This document shows, one piece after another, positions 21,261-21,368 of a stretch of 21,368 nt of DNA; positions within the stretch are counted from its first letter, which is position 1, and every line of letters starts with the position of its first letter. The position numbers were made by a program, and so were the translations under genes. The stretch lies in the IMG/VR virus record IMGVR_UViG_3300005353_000006, one strand, 5' to 3'. The DNA comes from a virus. Under the pieces are notes generated by a model. It did no database searches. It saw only the letters and a program-made list of their open reading frames with translations, and was not told the origin of the DNA.

Positions 21261-21368
21261 GTGACCGACCAGGCCGAGGCGCCGGACACCGAGCGCACCG
21301 ATGACGCTGCCTTCAGCGACGACGCCACCGAGAAGCTGGGCGACGCCACCGAGCGCGAGACCAACGAG
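21261..21368 (+). CDS. Hyper-acidic small protein, 5' part (continues at nt 1 across the circular junction)
   Basis: GTG 21261 lies 3 nt after GGAGGAG (21251-21257). In frame with nt 1-177 through the terminal repeat. Confidence 0.7.
   Translation, partial: MTDQAEAPDTERTDDAAFSDDATEKLGDATERETNE
21309..21368. repeat. Terminal direct repeat, copy 2
   Basis: Identical to nt 1-60. Confidence 0.97.

Larger units (their letters stand above)
1..21368. mobile_element. Complete circularly closed genome of a small temperate siphovirus-type phage / excised prophage (unit length 21,308 bp)
   Basis: Identical 60 nt at both window ends. Full packaging-head-tail module, xis/int, RecT-like, initiator-like and lysis genes. 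Uniform very high GC3 coding bias on the + strand. Confidence 0.85.

Overview
The window is a complete, circularly closed genome of a small temperate siphovirus-type phage or excised prophage. Nt 1-60 are identical to nt 21309-21368, giving a unit length of 21,308 bp. GC content is very high, with the strong GC3 codon bias typical of Actinobacteria. All product calls rest on motif recognition and gene order; no database search was possible.

Almost every gene is on the + strand. Following the circle, the order is:
- Lysis genes (19928-21243), a hyper-acidic ORF that crosses the contig junction (21261->177), and a 2-TM holin-like ORF (209-397).
- HNH endonuclease (390-734) and large terminase (727-2178).
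- Two minus-strand genes (2365-3627).
- HK97-type portal, prohead protease, one extra sense-strand gene, and a major capsid protein with a delta domain.
- Connector proteins, tail tube, HK97-gp10-like protein, G/T-like chaperone pair, tape measure, Dit, a Tal-position protein, a fibre-like protein and a small ORF.
- A 438-nt intergenic region, then Xis-like HTH and tyrosine integrase.
- A heavily structured non-coding region (17129-17375).
- Small early genes, including tiny membrane proteins, then a zinc-ribbon/RecT-like annealing protein, a second HNH, and a winged-helix initiator-like gene.

The best candidate for something undescribed is the antisense locus between terminase and portal.
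- It holds two orphan genes, each with its own copy of a 63-nt duplicated module. The module contains a 17-bp palindrome overlapping the -35, an extended -10, and a start codon 7 nt downstream (leaderless geometry). It also includes the first five codons (MNTDT).
- Each gene also has its own copy of a related hairpin terminator.
- Both proteins show the same kind of HTH pattern.
- The same palindrome recurs over the start codon of the initiator-like gene, and a related palindrome sits at the xis/int junction. This suggests an unconventional immunity or regulatory circuit embedded in the packaging/head module.

Other notable signals:
- A lambda-O-like array of five iterons next to an AT-rich patch, all inside the initiator-like gene.
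- A repeat-dense region at 17129-17375, which could be attP, an origin or an early control region.
- A sense-strand moron between protease and capsid.
- No recognisable small terminase.
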